A stretch of 64,000 bases of DNA, from assembly GCA_902564345.1 (NCBI GenBank), contig CACFAY010000003.1, positions 9,527 through 73,526 of the forward strand, given 5' to 3'. Shown in pieces: positions 1 to 11,485 of this stretch (its first letter is position 1; every line of letters starts with the position of its first letter). The notes beneath the pieces are model-generated. The model was not told where the DNA came from, searched no databases, and worked only from the letters and a program-made list of their open reading frames with translations. Made by a program: the position numbers and the translations under genes. The DNA comes from an uncultured SAR324 cluster bacterium (GTDB taxonomy: Bacteria; SAR324; NAC60-12).

Positions 1-233
1 CTATCAATTAAAAGTTTTTCTAATCCTCGCCCCACAACAACGCTTAGTGGTAATCCTTCAAGAATTATCTTTGATCTATTCTCAAGAGTTTCACGTTTTT
101 CACCAATATTTGAAGAAAATAATTCCGTTAATTCAAAAGCAAATTTGAGAATTATTTCGTTTTTTGGATCAATAAATTTTGGATATATTTTTCCACTTTT
201 AGTCCTGAAGCAAAGCAGGTCCTTCGTAAGCAC
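1..233 (-). CDS. DUF790/Bax1-like nuclease, N-terminal ~77 codons only; the gene continues past the left edge
   Basis: Not in the ORF track. A minus-strand frame opens at GTG (233..231), 7 nt after the SD GAAGGAGA (plus-strand 241..248), and stays open to base 1. The peptide (M)LTKDLLCFRTKSGKIYPKFIDPKNEIILKFAFELTELFSSNIGEKRETLENRSKIILEGLPLSVVVGRGLEKLLID resembles N-termini of DUF790 proteins found next to XPB helicases. It overlaps the helicase 3' end by 35 nt. Confidence 0.55.
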   Translation of the reverse strand, partial: MLTKDLLCFRTKSGKIYPKFIDPKNEIILKFAFELTELFSSNIGEKRETLENRSKIILEGLPLSVVVGRGLEKLLID

Positions 234-1584
234 GGTGCTGTCTCCTTCTCTGGTTAGTAAAATATTCCCCTGTACCTTTGGAAACAAGTTCATAAAGCAA
301 TGCCTGTTTACCAGGACGTGCACGCAAAATTCTTCCAAGTCGTTGCACATGTTCCCTTATACTTCCACTTCCGGAAACAATGACTCCAACATTAGCTTCA
401 GGAACATCTATTCCTTCATTCAGCACTTTAGAAGTAATTAGGATCGAATATTCTCCAGATCTGAATGCTTTCAAAAAAGCTTCACGTTCAGCCAGTTTTG
501 TGTGATGAGTTAGAACCGGTAAATAGAATTTGCTGCCCATTCGATAAGCCATTTCATTATCCTGAGTAAAAACAATAATTTGGTCTCCTTTATGCTTAAT
601 AATAAGTTCCCATAACAACTCTTCTTTTGCCTCAGAAGCTTGACTGAGCTTTTTTTGCTTTAAATATGCTTTGAAAGCTTCCTTCCCTTCATTACTTTCA
701 GTAGTTTTTCGTAAGAAATTTGACCAACCATTTGGGTGCTTAAAACTTATCCGTGCTTTTACCAAGAAATCAGTGTAAAACTTCCGTGATTTTTCATATT
801 GTTCGCGGTCATCCTTCAGCATTTCAACCTCAATGGTCTTAACAATATAAGGAGCCAGTGTTGTTCCGCTTAGTTCATCAATATGAGTTTCATAACATAG
901 AGGACCACAGAGCTGGTAAAGCAATTTCTCTTTACCATCTGAACGTTCTGGGGTAGCTGTTAATCCTAGCCGAAATGGAGCAATAGATCCCAAAGCAGTA
1001 AACTTGTATTGCTCTCCAGGCAAGTGGTGACACTCATCAAAAACTTGCAAACCAAACTGATTCCCAAGATATGAAACATGCAATAATGCCGAATCATAAG
1101 TAGCTACAGTTATTAACTGAATATCATTTATTCCACCTCCCAGTAATCCAATTTTTATATCAAAATATTCATTCAAAACAGCATTCCATTGCCCCATCAG
1201 GTCAATTGTAGGGACATGTATTAAAGTTGGACGACCTGTTTTGGCTATCAAAATAACTGCTAAAATTGTTTTACCAGCTCCAGTAGGAAGGGTAACCACG
1301 CCACGTTTTTCTAAAATCCAAGCATCTGCAGCCTCAGATTGAAATGAACGTGGCTTTATTTCTTTTTTAAGAGGGAATGTTTTAGCAGAAAATTTACGAG
1401 CATTATCATGATAAGTGATTTTATGTTTCCTTAGGTTAGTTACAATATTGCGATATTCCGTAGCGGGTGCACGAAAACAATTAGTACGTTCATCCCACAT
1501 TAGACTTTCTAAATACTGCAGTTGTCTCTTTTCTGCTCCAAATACTAAGATAGTACCTTTGTCAAACTGCAAACTGAGTTTCAT
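199..1584 (-). CDS. XPB-type SF2 DNA helicase (DEAD/DEAH box, ERCC3-like)
   Basis: 461 aa. Walker A PTGAGKT, DECH box (VFDECHH), GLTATPERSDG (position of the XPB RED motif), motif VI HVQRLGRILR. The N-terminal ~70 aa resemble the XPB damage-recognition domain. Confidence 0.85.
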   Translation of the reverse strand: MKLSLQFDKGTILVFGAEKRQLQYLESLMWDERTNCFRAPATEYRNIVTNLRKHKITYHDNARKFSAKTFPLKKEIKPRSFQSEAADAWILEKRGVVTLPTGAGKTILAVILIAKTGRPTLIHVPTIDLMGQWNAVLNEYFDIKIGLLGGGINDIQLITVATYDSALLHVSYLGNQFGLQVFDECHHLPGEQYKFTALGSIAPFRLGLTATPERSDGKEKLLYQLCGPLCYETHIDELSGTTLAPYIVKTIEVEMLKDDREQYEKSRKFYTDFLVKARISFKHPNGWSNFLRKTTESNEGKEAFKAYLKQKKLSQASEAKEELLWELIIKHKGDQIIVFTQDNEMAYRMGSKFYLPVLTHHTKLAEREAFLKAFRSGEYSILITSKVLNEGIDVPEANVGVIVSGSGSIREHVQRLGRILRARPGKQALLYELVSKGTGEYFTNQRRRQHRAYEGPALLQD

Positions 1585-1887
1585 TAGAAAAACTTTGTTT
1601 TTTTTGTACTAAAATAATAGTAAAAAAGCATATAAAAATGTAATTAATCTAGAACATGTTTCTATATATACCATTTCATTACTTTTTTTATAATAAAGGC
1701 GTAATAAAGACGACCTTTAGAAAAAACTTCTTAAAATATTAGGAGTAAAATATCTTTCTTTATTTTTTTGCAAAATAAAACTGATATAATTGAAATTTAT
1801 TCAAAAAAATTTTGGAATATTATTTTATTACTTTATTGCAAAGAGTTGTGAAAATTATCTAATGTTATATTTTATTAAAATACACAA

Positions 1888-3300
1888 CTATTGTAATTTT
1901 GATTTTGCATCCCTCAGTGCAGTTCGAAGACCTTCCTCAATTACTGGATGGTAGAATGGCATTTCAAGCATTTGCTGAATAGTCATTTTCTGCTGGTGAG
2001 ACCAAGACATTAAATGTGCAAGATGTTCTGCATGAGGAGCAATAAATTCACTACCAAGAAAAAGTCCAGAATTTCGATCTGCGTATATGTGCATCAACCC
2101 CTTGTTTTTTAGAATTATTCTGCTTCTTCCCTGACCTTCAAAAGAGACTTTTCCTATAACCACATCATTATTACCTTCAAGTTCATTCCATGATTTACCT
2201 ACTATTGCTATTTGGGGGTCACAAAAAACAACAGTAACTGGAGATCTTCTCAGTCCTTTCTTAATATCGGGGAATCTGCCAGCGTTATCACCGGCAATTT
2301 CTCCTTCATCTGCTGCTTCATGAAGTAATGGCAGATCATTGTTCACATCTCCCGCAATGAATATTGATGAATTGCCGCATTGCATGGTGGTTGAATTAAA
2401 AAATGGTACTCCATGAGAATCTAGTTTAAGCTCAGTATTTTCCAAACCCAAATCATTAACATTAGGGTTTCTGCCAGTGGCAGCGAGTAAATAATCAAAT
2501 TCCTCTGCCTTTTCCTCGCCATTATCACGATCTACAAAACTAATTTTTACTTGATCATTTTCAAGGTCGATATTAAGAATATTAGCTTTAGCGTCAAGAG
2601 GGAATTCATCTTTAAATAGAGTCTCAGCATAATCTCTAATGCCCGGATCACTTATAGGTTTTAAAGAACCAGAAAGACCAAATACGCGAACACGAACCCC
2701 TAGACGATGTAATGCCTGTCCTAATTCAAGTCCTATTACTCCCGGTCCAAAAACAGCTACAGATTCAGGAAGTGTCTCCCATTCAAAAATATCATCATTA
2801 ACCACTAAACGTTCGCCAATACCATCAAACATTGACATAATTTTTGGTGAAGAACCAGTAGCAATCACAACTGATTTTGCTTCATAAATTTTGTCTTCTG
2901 CTTGAATTCTATGATTATCTATAAAACGCGCATGACCTCTTAAATGATGCTTTGGATCAATATTTTCTATAGTTTCTAACACAAATCCTACAAAACGGTC
3001 ACGTTCACAACGTACACGTCTCATAACATCATGACCATTAATTATTGGCTTTGATGAATATACACCAAATTTTGAAGAAGTTTTAATTGAATGTGCTGCC
3101 TCTGCGGCTGCTATTAATAGTTTGCTAGGCATACATCCTACTCGTGCACATGTGGTTCCATAAACTCCACCTTCTATAAGCACAACGCTATCCGTATGAC
3201 GGCGCACCGCACGAAAGGCAGGAAGTCCTGCAGAACCGGCTCCGATTACTACTACATCAACTTTGTGAATTGCATTTTGAGAATTATTCATATTTAACAT
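1888..3300 (-). CDS. class I pyridine nucleotide-disulfide oxidoreductase (dihydrolipoyl dehydrogenase-like)
   Basis: FAD fold VVVIGAGSAG, redox-active disulfide motif GTTCARVGCMPSK, second Rossmann motif FGPGVIGLELG, C-terminal dimerisation region with HP..EE. Start moved to the internal ATG (MLNMNNS); the upstream 26 codons look like AT-rich read-through. No E1/E2 partners nearby. Confidence 0.8.
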   Translation of the reverse strand: MLNMNNSQNAIHKVDVVVIGAGSAGLPAFRAVRRHTDSVVLIEGGVYGTTCARVGCMPSKLLIAAAEAAHSIKTSSKFGVYSSKPIINGHDVMRRVRCERDRFVGFVLETIENIDPKHHLRGHARFIDNHRIQAEDKIYEAKSVVIATGSSPKIMSMFDGIGERLVVNDDIFEWETLPESVAVFGPGVIGLELGQALHRLGVRVRVFGLSGSLKPISDPGIRDYAETLFKDEFPLDAKANILNIDLENDQVKISFVDRDNGEEKAEEFDYLLAATGRNPNVNDLGLENTELKLDSHGVPFFNSTTMQCGNSSIFIAGDVNNDLPLLHEAADEGEIAGDNAGRFPDIKKGLRRSPVTVVFCDPQIAIVGKSWNELEGNNDVVIGKVSFEGQGRSRIILKNKGLMHIYADRNSGLFLGSEFIAPHAEHLAHLMSWSHQQKMTIQQMLEMPFYHPVIEEGLRTALRDAKSKLQ

Positions 3301-3436
3301 AAAAAAATTATGTATTTTTTTTATAATCTTAAAGTATTCATTTAACTTAGAAATTCCTATTTTTACAAGGTGAATCAAATTTTTAAATGTAACAATTTAT
3401 CTATATGCATTTAAAAAAATTTTTACTTTATAAAGT

Positions 3437-5302
3437 TTAAGTGTAGCCAGCTGCCTGCATTTGAAATAATTCCGCATATTGCCCACCTGATTCCACCAAA
3501 TCCTCATGCGTGCCAATTTCTATTAACCTGCCTTCGTGCAATACGATAATCCTGTCCGCCATTCTTACTGTAGAAAATCGATGAGAAATTAGTACAGCAC
3601 ATTTATCATAAGTTAAATCAACAAATCGTTTGAAAACTTGATGTTCCGCTCGTGCGTCCAACGAGGCAGTTGGTTCATCCAAAATAAGCATTTTAGCGTC
3701 ACGCATATAAGCTCGAGCTATTGCAATTTTCTGCCATTCTCCTCCAGATAAATTGGTTCCTCGTTTGAACCAGCGCCCTATTCTCTGATTGTAACCATCA
3801 GGAAGTTTATTAATTACACTATCAGCAAGACTCCGAATTGCAGATTCTTTGATTCTTTTTTCGTTTTTCAATTCAGAAATACGTCCCACAGCAATATTCT
3901 CTGATGCTGTAAGATGGTATTTCACATAATCTTGAAAAATTACTCCGACTGCATCTCGCAAACCCGCAAGATCATAATCACGTAAGTCTTTTCCTTCAAG
4001 ATATATCCTACCTTCAGTTGGATCATATAATCTTGTCAAAAGCTTGACAAGTGTAGTTTTTCCAGCACCGTTCTCCCCTACAAGGGCTACTTTTTCTCCT
4101 GGTAACAAGGTAAAAGAAAGATTTCTCAGAACCCACTGTTTCGACTGCGGATAACGGAAACCCACATCTTCAAAAGTAAATCCTTTTATAATTTTTGCCG
4201 GAAAAGGGAATGAATTGTCGGTTGTTCTGATGTTTGGTTTCATCTCCAAGAAATCAAAAAGATCACCAAGGTAAAGCGCACTATCCGCAATACTGGAAAA
4301 ACGTATAAGTATCGCTTCCATCAATGACCTTAATCGTAAAAATGAACCTGAAAGAAATGTTAATTCACCTAGAGTCAATTCCCCATAAACTGTTCGATAA
4401 ATTATAACAGCATAGGCTGTATAATAACCCAAACTTCCTATAGTGGAGAGTAATCCTCCCCAAGCAGCTCTGCGAACAGAAAGATTTTTGTTCGCCTTAA
4501 AATATTCTCTTGCGAGTTTTAGGTATCGACTACCGAAAAATTCAGATAGGCCAAATATTTTAACTTCTTTTGCAGTTTCATCACTTGCTCCAGCAAATCT
4601 TAAATAATCCAGTTCTCTGCGTTCTTCTGTCCATCCATACATAAGAGAATAACTTTGACTATTGAAATGTGTTTCTCCTAAAAAAGCTGGAACGAGAGTA
4701 ATTGCCAGTAACAATAACAGCCAAGCATTGAAGGAAATCAACGCTGCTGCTAAGAAAAAAACGGTTATGCATTCTTGAAGCTGTGTCAGGACTTGTGACA
4801 TTAATAAAATTCTACTTGAGGCTTGTCTACGTGCACGCTCAAGTTTGTCATAAAATTCAGAATCTTCAAAGCATTCAAGGTCAAGTTTAGCAGATTGGTT
4901 CATCAATCTAATCGAGATATCGTGTGATACCAAATCGCCCAATAAGCTATCTACCAATGCAATGCCTCGCCCAAGTAAATCTGAAAAAACAGCAAAACCA
5001 AGCTCTGCCATAACAAGTATTGTCACAGTTGACATGTCTGGATTTTCTGAACGAGTTCCATTACTTAGACCTGAAATCATGACAATTTCATCAATTATAA
5101 GTTTAGCTAAATAAAGCATAATTAAAGGTAAAGAGGCACGCACAACCCTGAGTAGTACATTTATCGAGGTCAAAAACTGGTTACAATGCCAAATAAGTCT
5201 AAAAAACTCTGGCAGATTCCTAAGTGTTCCGAGTCTTTCCCTTAAGTCTAATTTGGCAATTGATAAATGTAGACTTGTCGTTTTTTTTTGTTGTTTTTTC
5301 AT
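3437..5302 (-). CDS. ABC exporter, fused permease + ATPase (type I exporter fold)
   Basis: 621 aa. N-terminal six-helix TMD, Walker A GENGAGKTT, signature LSGGEWQKIAIARA, Walker B LILDEPT. Confidence 0.85.
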   Translation of the reverse strand: MKKQQKKTTSLHLSIAKLDLRERLGTLRNLPEFFRLIWHCNQFLTSINVLLRVVRASLPLIMLYLAKLIIDEIVMISGLSNGTRSENPDMSTVTILVMAELGFAVFSDLLGRGIALVDSLLGDLVSHDISIRLMNQSAKLDLECFEDSEFYDKLERARRQASSRILLMSQVLTQLQECITVFFLAAALISFNAWLLLLLAITLVPAFLGETHFNSQSYSLMYGWTEERRELDYLRFAGASDETAKEVKIFGLSEFFGSRYLKLAREYFKANKNLSVRRAAWGGLLSTIGSLGYYTAYAVIIYRTVYGELTLGELTFLSGSFLRLRSLMEAILIRFSSIADSALYLGDLFDFLEMKPNIRTTDNSFPFPAKIIKGFTFEDVGFRYPQSKQWVLRNLSFTLLPGEKVALVGENGAGKTTLVKLLTRLYDPTEGRIYLEGKDLRDYDLAGLRDAVGVIFQDYVKYHLTASENIAVGRISELKNEKRIKESAIRSLADSVINKLPDGYNQRIGRWFKRGTNLSGGEWQKIAIARAYMRDAKMLILDEPTASLDARAEHQVFKRFVDLTYDKCAVLISHRFSTVRMADRIIVLHEGRLIEIGTHEDLVESGGQYAELFQMQAAGYT

Positions 5303-5509
5303 TTAAAAAAATAATTTTGTGTACTTTTTATATTTCATTAAAACTAATTTAGTATAATTCAAAAATAAAAAAAATAATTCTATAATATCCCATAATTTAG
5401 ATTCTTGTGAAGTCATCTTCTGTCAGATTGAAATTGCAACTGACCATTACTAACTTTTAATATGATGAAGTAAATTTGTAGATAATTATTTAACACTGCG
5501 AAATCATTT

Positions 5510-6700
5510 ATGAAACATACAAAAAAAAATGCGACATTCGATTGGGCTGATCCTATGATTTTCAATAAACAATTGAGTGAAGAAGAACGATTGATTCGAG
5601 ATGCAGCCCATGATTACTGCCAGGAAAAATTAATGCCCAGAGTTTTGGAAGCAAATCGAAGTGAAAAATATGATCGTGAAATAATGAACGAATTTGCTGA
5701 AATGGGATTTCTCGGAATTACAATTCCTGAAGAATACGGCGGAATTGGTGCAAACTATGTCTCTTACGGATTAATAGCACGCGAGATTGAAAGAGTGGAT
5801 TCAGGTTATCGTTCAGCAATGAGTGTACAATCTAGTCTGGTAATGTATCCAATACATGCTTACGGTACGGAGGAACAGCGGAAAAAATATCTACCAAAAC
5901 TGGCAAAAGCAGAGATGATTGGATGTTTTGGGCTTACTGAGCCAAATCATGGTTCCGACCCAGGAAGCATGGAAACAAGGGCAAGAAAAGTTGAAGGTGG
6001 ATTCAGGTTGACAGGCAACAAAATGTGGATTTCTAACTCACCAATTGCTGATATTTTTGTAGTCTGGGCAAAAAATGATGATGGAGTAATCAAAGGCTAT
6101 ATACTTGAAAAAAATATGGAAGGTTTAAATACTCCTAAAATTGTAGGTAAAATGTCTCTGCGTACATCAGTAACTGGTGAAATCGTTATGGATAATGTTT
6201 TTGTTTCAGATGAAAATGAATTACCTAATGTTTCCGGACTAAAAGGACCTTTTGGTTGTCTCAATCGTGCACGTTTTGGAATTGCATGGGGGACACTCGG
6301 TGCTGCTGAATTTTGCTGGAAACAGGCTCGACAATACACTTTGGACCGTATTCAATTTGGACGACCCTTGGCATCAAACCAACTTATACAAAAAAAACTA
6401 GCAGATATGCAAACTGAAATAGCACTTGGGATGCAAGGTGTTCTCCAAATGGGACGATTGATGGATAATGACAAATGTTCTCCAGAATTAATTTCTCTAA
6501 TGAAGCGCAACAATTGCGGAAAGGCACTTGAAATTGCGCGCGCAGCTCGTGATATGCACGGTGCTAATGGAATTTCCGATGAGTTTCATGTGATACGCCA
6601 TATGATGAATTTAGAGACTGTCAATACTTACGAAGGAACTCATGATATTCACGCACTTATTCTAGGCAGAGCTCAGACTGGTATCCAGGCTTTTTTCTAA
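5510..6700 (+). CDS. gcdH: glutaryl-CoA dehydrogenase
   Basis: 396 aa acyl-CoA dehydrogenase. The N-terminus [41 protein letters not shown] closely parallels GCDH orthologues; the C-terminal [14 protein letters not shown] is typical. Confidence 0.85.
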   Translation: MKHTKKNATFDWADPMIFNKQLSEEERLIRDAAHDYCQEKLMPRVLEANRSEKYDREIMNEFAEMGFLGITIPEEYGGIGANYVSYGLIAREIERVDSGYRSAMSVQSSLVMYPIHAYGTEEQRKKYLPKLAKAEMIGCFGLTEPNHGSDPGSMETRARKVEGGFRLTGNKMWISNSPIADIFVVWAKNDDGVIKGYILEKNMEGLNTPKIVGKMSLRTSVTGEIVMDNVFVSDENELPNVSGLKGPFGCLNRARFGIAWGTLGAAEFCWKQARQYTLDRIQFGRPLASNQLIQKKLADMQTEIALGMQGVLQMGRLMDNDKCSPELISLMKRNNCGKALEIARAARDMHGANGISDEFHVIRHMMNLETVNTYEGTHDIHALILGRAQTGIQAFF

Positions 6701-6721
6701 ACTTACTAAAAACAGTCAAAA

Positions 6722-7813
6722 ATGCTTATTCAGGCGGAATCTCTTAAAAGAATAGTCTCTGCTATACTGGAAAAAGGGGGAAGCAGTATAACTGAAAGCC
6801 AGGTAGTGGCAGATCATTTGGTACGGGCCAATCTGGTAGGTCATGACAGTCACGGTGTGGGAATGCTTCCAAAATATGTAAAGATGCTTAAGGCAAAACT
6901 TCTTTTTCCAAATCAAGAGCCTGAGATTATGAAAAAAGATGGTTCGATTATGATGTTTGACGGGAAACGTGGATATGGACAAGCTGTAGGTAAAATAGCA
7001 ATGAAGAAGGCTATTAAAAAATGCCAAGAAAATGGTTTGGCTTTGATGACCATACGTAATTCTCATCACCTTGGAAGAATAGGAACATATGGTGAGCAAA
7101 GTATTGAGGCTGGAATAGTTTCAATTCATTTTGTCAATGTAACAGATCATTCTCCCTATGTACTTCCATATGGAGGATCAGATGGGCGTTTAGCAACTAA
7201 TCCCATTTGCCTGGCCATGCCTGGAACCAAAAATACACCCCCAGTTTTACTGGACATGGCTACAAGTAAGATTGCCATTGGTAAAGCAAGATTTGCTATG
7301 AATAAGAAAGAAATTCTTGAAGAAGGGCTAGTAGTAGACCATAAAGGAAGGCCAAGTAATAACCCCGAGGTAATGTCGGGTTACCTTTACCCTGAAAAGG
7401 AGGATAATCCACCACTTGGAGCACTCACCCCTTCAGGAGAATACAAAGGATCAGGACTTTCCCTTTTTTGCGAACTATTTGGAGGTTTACTGAGCGGTGG
7501 GGGAACAATACAACCTGGTAATAAACGCCATGGTAGTATCATCAACAACATGCTCACTTTACTAATTAATCCAGGAATATTAGTAGATAATCCCTGGATG
7601 CAAAATGAAATAGATCAACTAACTTCATTCTACAAAAATTCACCTCCTGTAAATCCCGAACAACCTGTACTTGTTGCAGGAGATCCTGAAAGGTTTCACG
7701 AAAAAGAGCGAAAATTAAATGGTATCACTGTTGATGAAACCACATGGAATCAGATTATAAAAGATGGCTGTTCACTTGGATTATCTCACATTGAAATAAA
7801 AAAAATGATCTGA
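6722..7813 (+). CDS. Ldh2-family (malate/L-lactate dehydrogenase 2) oxidoreductase, YbiC/HcxB-like
   Basis: 363 aa. VADHLVRANLVGHDSHGVGMLP, RNSHHLGRIGTYGE, ATNPICLAMP and DMATSKIAIGK match the Ldh2/YbiC family along its full length. Starts 21 nt after gcdH. Confidence 0.75.
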   Translation: MLIQAESLKRIVSAILEKGGSSITESQVVADHLVRANLVGHDSHGVGMLPKYVKMLKAKLLFPNQEPEIMKKDGSIMMFDGKRGYGQAVGKIAMKKAIKKCQENGLALMTIRNSHHLGRIGTYGEQSIEAGIVSIHFVNVTDHSPYVLPYGGSDGRLATNPICLAMPGTKNTPPVLLDMATSKIAIGKARFAMNKKEILEEGLVVDHKGRPSNNPEVMSGYLYPEKEDNPPLGALTPSGEYKGSGLSLFCELFGGLLSGGGTIQPGNKRHGSIINNMLTLLINPGILVDNPWMQNEIDQLTSFYKNSPPVNPEQPVLVAGDPERFHEKERKLNGITVDETTWNQIIKDGCSLGLSHIEIKKMI

Positions 7814-7867
7814 TAAGCATTATAATTAGCATTAACACTTTAAAAAAAGTAAATAAGGTCACATAAG

Positions 7868-10800
7868 ATGAACTCTCCTCATCGATCAAAAACTACTTCT
7901 CTCCAGAATAAAGTACGTATGGTCACTGCAACTAGTTTGTTTGACGGTCATGATGCTGCTATAAACATCATGCGTCGAATCATCCAGTCTCAAGGAGCAG
8001 AAGTTATTCATCTTGGCCATGATCGTGGTGTCGAGGAAATAGTTGATGTGGCAATTGAAGAAGACGTTCAAGGTATTGCTGTAAGTTCCTACCAAGGGGG
8101 GCACAATGAATATTTTCAATATATGGTTGATCTGCTAAAAAAAAGAGATTCCGGACACATTCAAGTGTTTGCAGGAGGCGGAGGAGTGATTATACAATCT
8201 GAAATTGATGCCTTGATGGAATACGGTGTAAATCGCGTTTATTCACCTGAAGACGGAAGAGAACTTGGACTACAAGGTATGATTGCTGATATGCTCAAAC
8301 GCGCTGATTTCCCTTTAATGAATGATGATTTTAAACCTGATCCGGAAAAACTTATTACAGATAATACCCAACATATAGCGCGAAGTTTAACCTGGGTAGA
8401 AAGTAGTTTTACAAATGAACAAAACTCATTAAATCAGCAGAAAGTAAAAACTTTCTTTGAAGATCTACCTGACAATTCAAATAAACCAGTAATAGGGTTA
8501 ACCGGTACAGGTGGAGCAGGGAAATCCTGTCTGATGGATGAAATGGTGCGGTTTTTTATAAATGAGTTTCCGAAAAAAAGAGTGGCAATAGTCTCTGTTG
8601 ATCCATCAAAACGTAAAACAGGAGGTGCATTACTTGGTGACCGTCTTCGCATGAATTCGATTAATGATAAACGTGTGTACATGCGTTCACTTGCAACACG
8701 TAGATCAAATCTTGCTACATCTGCCTCACTGGACAATTCAGTTAAATTACTTCGTGCATCAGGATTTGATTTAATTCTTTTGGAAACCGCTGGAATTGGT
8801 CAAAGTGATTCAGAAATTTCTGACCTAGTTGATTTTAGTATATACGTGATGACCCCTGAATTCGGAGCGGAGACGCAGCTCGAAAAAATCAACATGATTG
8901 ACTTTGCGGACTGTATAGTTATTAATAAATTTGATAAGCCAGGTGCTGAAGATGCCTTGCGTGCTGTAAGAAAGCAATATTGTCGTAGTCACCTTGACTT
9001 TGATGCTGAACCTGAAACACTTCCTGTATTTGGCGTTGTAGCTAACCGATTTAATGATGCTGGTACAAAATGGTTTTATTATAAATTGATAGATTTGTTG
9101 ATAGAAAAAAAAGGTCTTAACTGGATACGCAACCAAAAATCTGATTTTGCTGTTTCTAAAATTTCAGAACTTATACCTGCTGAGAGAAAAGAATATTTAA
9201 GGCAAATATCTTCTACTATCCGTAAATACAAAATTCAGGTTCTGGAACAAGCTAAAATAGCCTCTGCATGTGGTCAACTATTTGGAACAATCCAGCAAAT
9301 ATCAGGATTAAATGCAGGAATAGCAGAATCGATTCCAGAAAAAGGTAATGATAATAGCAAAACTATTGCTGTTGAAGAACTTTACAATGAAAAATTGCAA
9401 AAACTTCCTGAGTCATTGAGAAATCAACTCAATGAGTTCGAAAATAATCGTCAGGAATACCTGAAAGATAATTACAGCTTCATAGTGCGAGGAAAAACAC
9501 AGGATATTGAAAATTTTCGCACAAGTATTTCGGGAACCAAAATACCAAAAATTGCCACGCCTAAATTTAAAGATTGGGGAGAAATTGCATTGTGGTTGGG
9601 AATGGAAAATTTTCCAGGAAGTTTCCCATTTACCTCAGGAGTATTTCCTTTCAAAAGAGAAGGTGAGGATCCAACACGTATGTTTGCAGGTGAAGGAATT
9701 GCTGAACGCACAAATAGGCGATTTCATCTTCTGGCTAAAGGACAGCCAGCTTCCCGACTTAGCACTGCATTTGATTCAGTGACACTTTACGGAGCAAATC
9801 CAAATGCGCGTCCAGATATATATGGAAAAATTGGCAATGCTGGAGTTTCTATCTGCACAGTTGATGACGCCAAAAGACTTTATTCAGGATTTGATCTTCT
9901 TCTGCCCAACACATCTGTTTCAATGACAATTAATGGGCCTGCACCTGTTGTACTGGCTTTTTTTATGAATGCAGCCATTGATCAACAAGTTGAAAAATAT
10001 CTTCATGAAAACGGAGAATTAGAAAAAGCGCGGCAAAAACTGAAAAAAACTTATAAAAAGCGAAATATACCACTGCCAGAATATAGAATGAAGAGGCAAG
10101 ACAATCATAACGGATTGGGACTGGAACTGCTTGGAATGTCAGGTAGGTATTTTGTGGACACAGAAACATACGGTAAAATCAAAGCAGATGTATTGAAAAA
10201 TGTTCGTGGAACAGTACAGGCAGATATTTTAAAGGAAGATCAGGCACAGAATACATGTATTTTTTCAACCAATTTTGCCATGCGTATGATGGGAGACATT
10301 CAGGAATATTTTACTTCCAATGATGTTCGAAATTTTTATTCTGTGAGTATTTCCGGTTATCACATTGCTGAGGCAGGAGCGAACCCAATCACTCAGGTAG
10401 CTTTCACTCTCGCCAACGGATTTACACTGATTGAATACTATCTTGCTCGCGGATTAGGAATTGATAACTTTGCTCACAACTTGAGTTTCTTTTTCAGCAA
10501 CGGCATGGACCCCGAATATGCTGTTATAGGCAGAGTAGCACGAAGAATTTTCTCTGTAGCGATACGTTATTTGTATGATGGGAATGAACGCTCCCAAAAA
10601 TTAAAATATCATATTCAGACTTCCGGTCGTTCACTTCATGCAATGGAGATAGATTTCAATGATATACGTACTACACTTCAAGCACTGTATGCCATTTACG
10701 ATAACTGCAACTCACTGCATACCAATGCCTACGATGAAGCTATTACTACGCCCACTGGAGAGTCAGTTCGTAGAGCTCTAGCAATTCAAATGATCATCAA

Positions 10801-11305
10801 TCATGAACTTGGACAAGCATATAATCAAAATCCACTTCAAGGAAGTTTTCTGATAGATGAATTAACAGATTTAGTAGAAGAAGCAATTCTATCTGAATTT
10901 ATTCGTTTATCAGACAGAGGAGGTGTTTTGGGAGCCATGGAAACCATGTATCAGCGGAACAAAATACAGGAAGAATCACTTTATTACGAAACTCTTAAAC
11001 ATACTGGAGATCTACCAATTATGGGTGTAAACACATTTCTTAATCCACTGTCTGAAAATTCAGGAACTGGAATTGAACTGGCACGTTCAACGGATGAAGA
11101 AAAGGACATGCAAATCAGTGATTTGAATAATTTCAATAAAATTCATGCTGATGAAAGAGATACCATGATGCAACGACTAAGCGAAACAGCTTTAAATAAC
11201 GGCAATATATTTAAGGATCTCATGGACGCTGTACAGGTCTGTTCGCTTGGTGAAATAACCAATCAACTATACCAGTTGGGTGGTAAATATCGGCGAAATA
11301 TGTAA
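7868..11305 (+). CDS. icmF: fused isobutyryl-CoA mutase (B12-binding domain + MeaB-like GTPase + mutase barrel)
   Basis: 1145 aa. N-terminal cobalamin motif [13 protein letters not shown], middle P-loop [11 protein letters not shown] plus [18 protein letters not shown] (MeaB-like), C-terminal methylmalonyl-CoA-mutase-like substrate domain. Confidence 0.85.
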   Translation: MNSPHRSKTTSLQNKVRMVTATSLFDGHDAAINIMRRIIQSQGAEVIHLGHDRGVEEIVDVAIEEDVQGIAVSSYQGGHNEYFQYMVDLLKKRDSGHIQVFAGGGGVIIQSEIDALMEYGVNRVYSPEDGRELGLQGMIADMLKRADFPLMNDDFKPDPEKLITDNTQHIARSLTWVESSFTNEQNSLNQQKVKTFFEDLPDNSNKPVIGLTGTGGAGKSCLMDEMVRFFINEFPKKRVAIVSVDPSKRKTGGALLGDRLRMNSINDKRVYMRSLATRRSNLATSASLDNSVKLLRASGFDLILLETAGIGQSDSEISDLVDFSIYVMTPEFGAETQLEKINMIDFADCIVINKFDKPGAEDALRAVRKQYCRSHLDFDAEPETLPVFGVVANRFNDAGTKWFYYKLIDLLIEKKGLNWIRNQKSDFAVSKISELIPAERKEYLRQISSTIRKYKIQVLEQAKIASACGQLFGTIQQISGLNAGIAESIPEKGNDNSKTIAVEELYNEKLQKLPESLRNQLNEFENNRQEYLKDNYSFIVRGKTQDIENFRTSISGTKIPKIATPKFKDWGEIALWLGMENFPGSFPFTSGVFPFKREGEDPTRMFAGEGIAERTNRRFHLLAKGQPASRLSTAFDSVTLYGANPNARPDIYGKIGNAGVSICTVDDAKRLYSGFDLLLPNTSVSMTINGPAPVVLAFFMNAAIDQQVEKYLHENGELEKARQKLKKTYKKRNIPLPEYRMKRQDNHNGLGLELLGMSGRYFVDTETYGKIKADVLKNVRGTVQADILKEDQAQNTCIFSTNFAMRMMGDIQEYFTSNDVRNFYSVSISGYHIAEAGANPITQVAFTLANGFTLIEYYLARGLGIDNFAHNLSFFFSNGMDPEYAVIGRVARRIFSVAIRYLYDGNERSQKLKYHIQTSGRSLHAMEIDFNDIRTTLQALYAIYDNCNSLHTNAYDEAITTPTGESVRRALAIQMIINHELGQAYNQNPLQGSFLIDELTDLVEEAILSEFIRLSDRGGVLGAMETMYQRNKIQEESLYYETLKHTGDLPIMGVNTFLNPLSENSGTGIELARSTDEEKDMQISDLNNFNKIHADERDTMMQRLSETALNNGNIFKDLMDAVQVCSLGEITNQLYQLGGKYRRNM

Positions 11306-11485
11306 GATATTTTTTATTATATATAATTTAATTTATTCTCAATCACTTTAACAACTAAAAAACAACTTCGTATGCCTACCTGAATTCCATGAATCATATT
11401 AATTATTTCTGCACAAATAATTACTCAAATTAAGATGTTTTTTCATATTCTTATTTAATCATATTTATCAAATATCTACCTTAAT

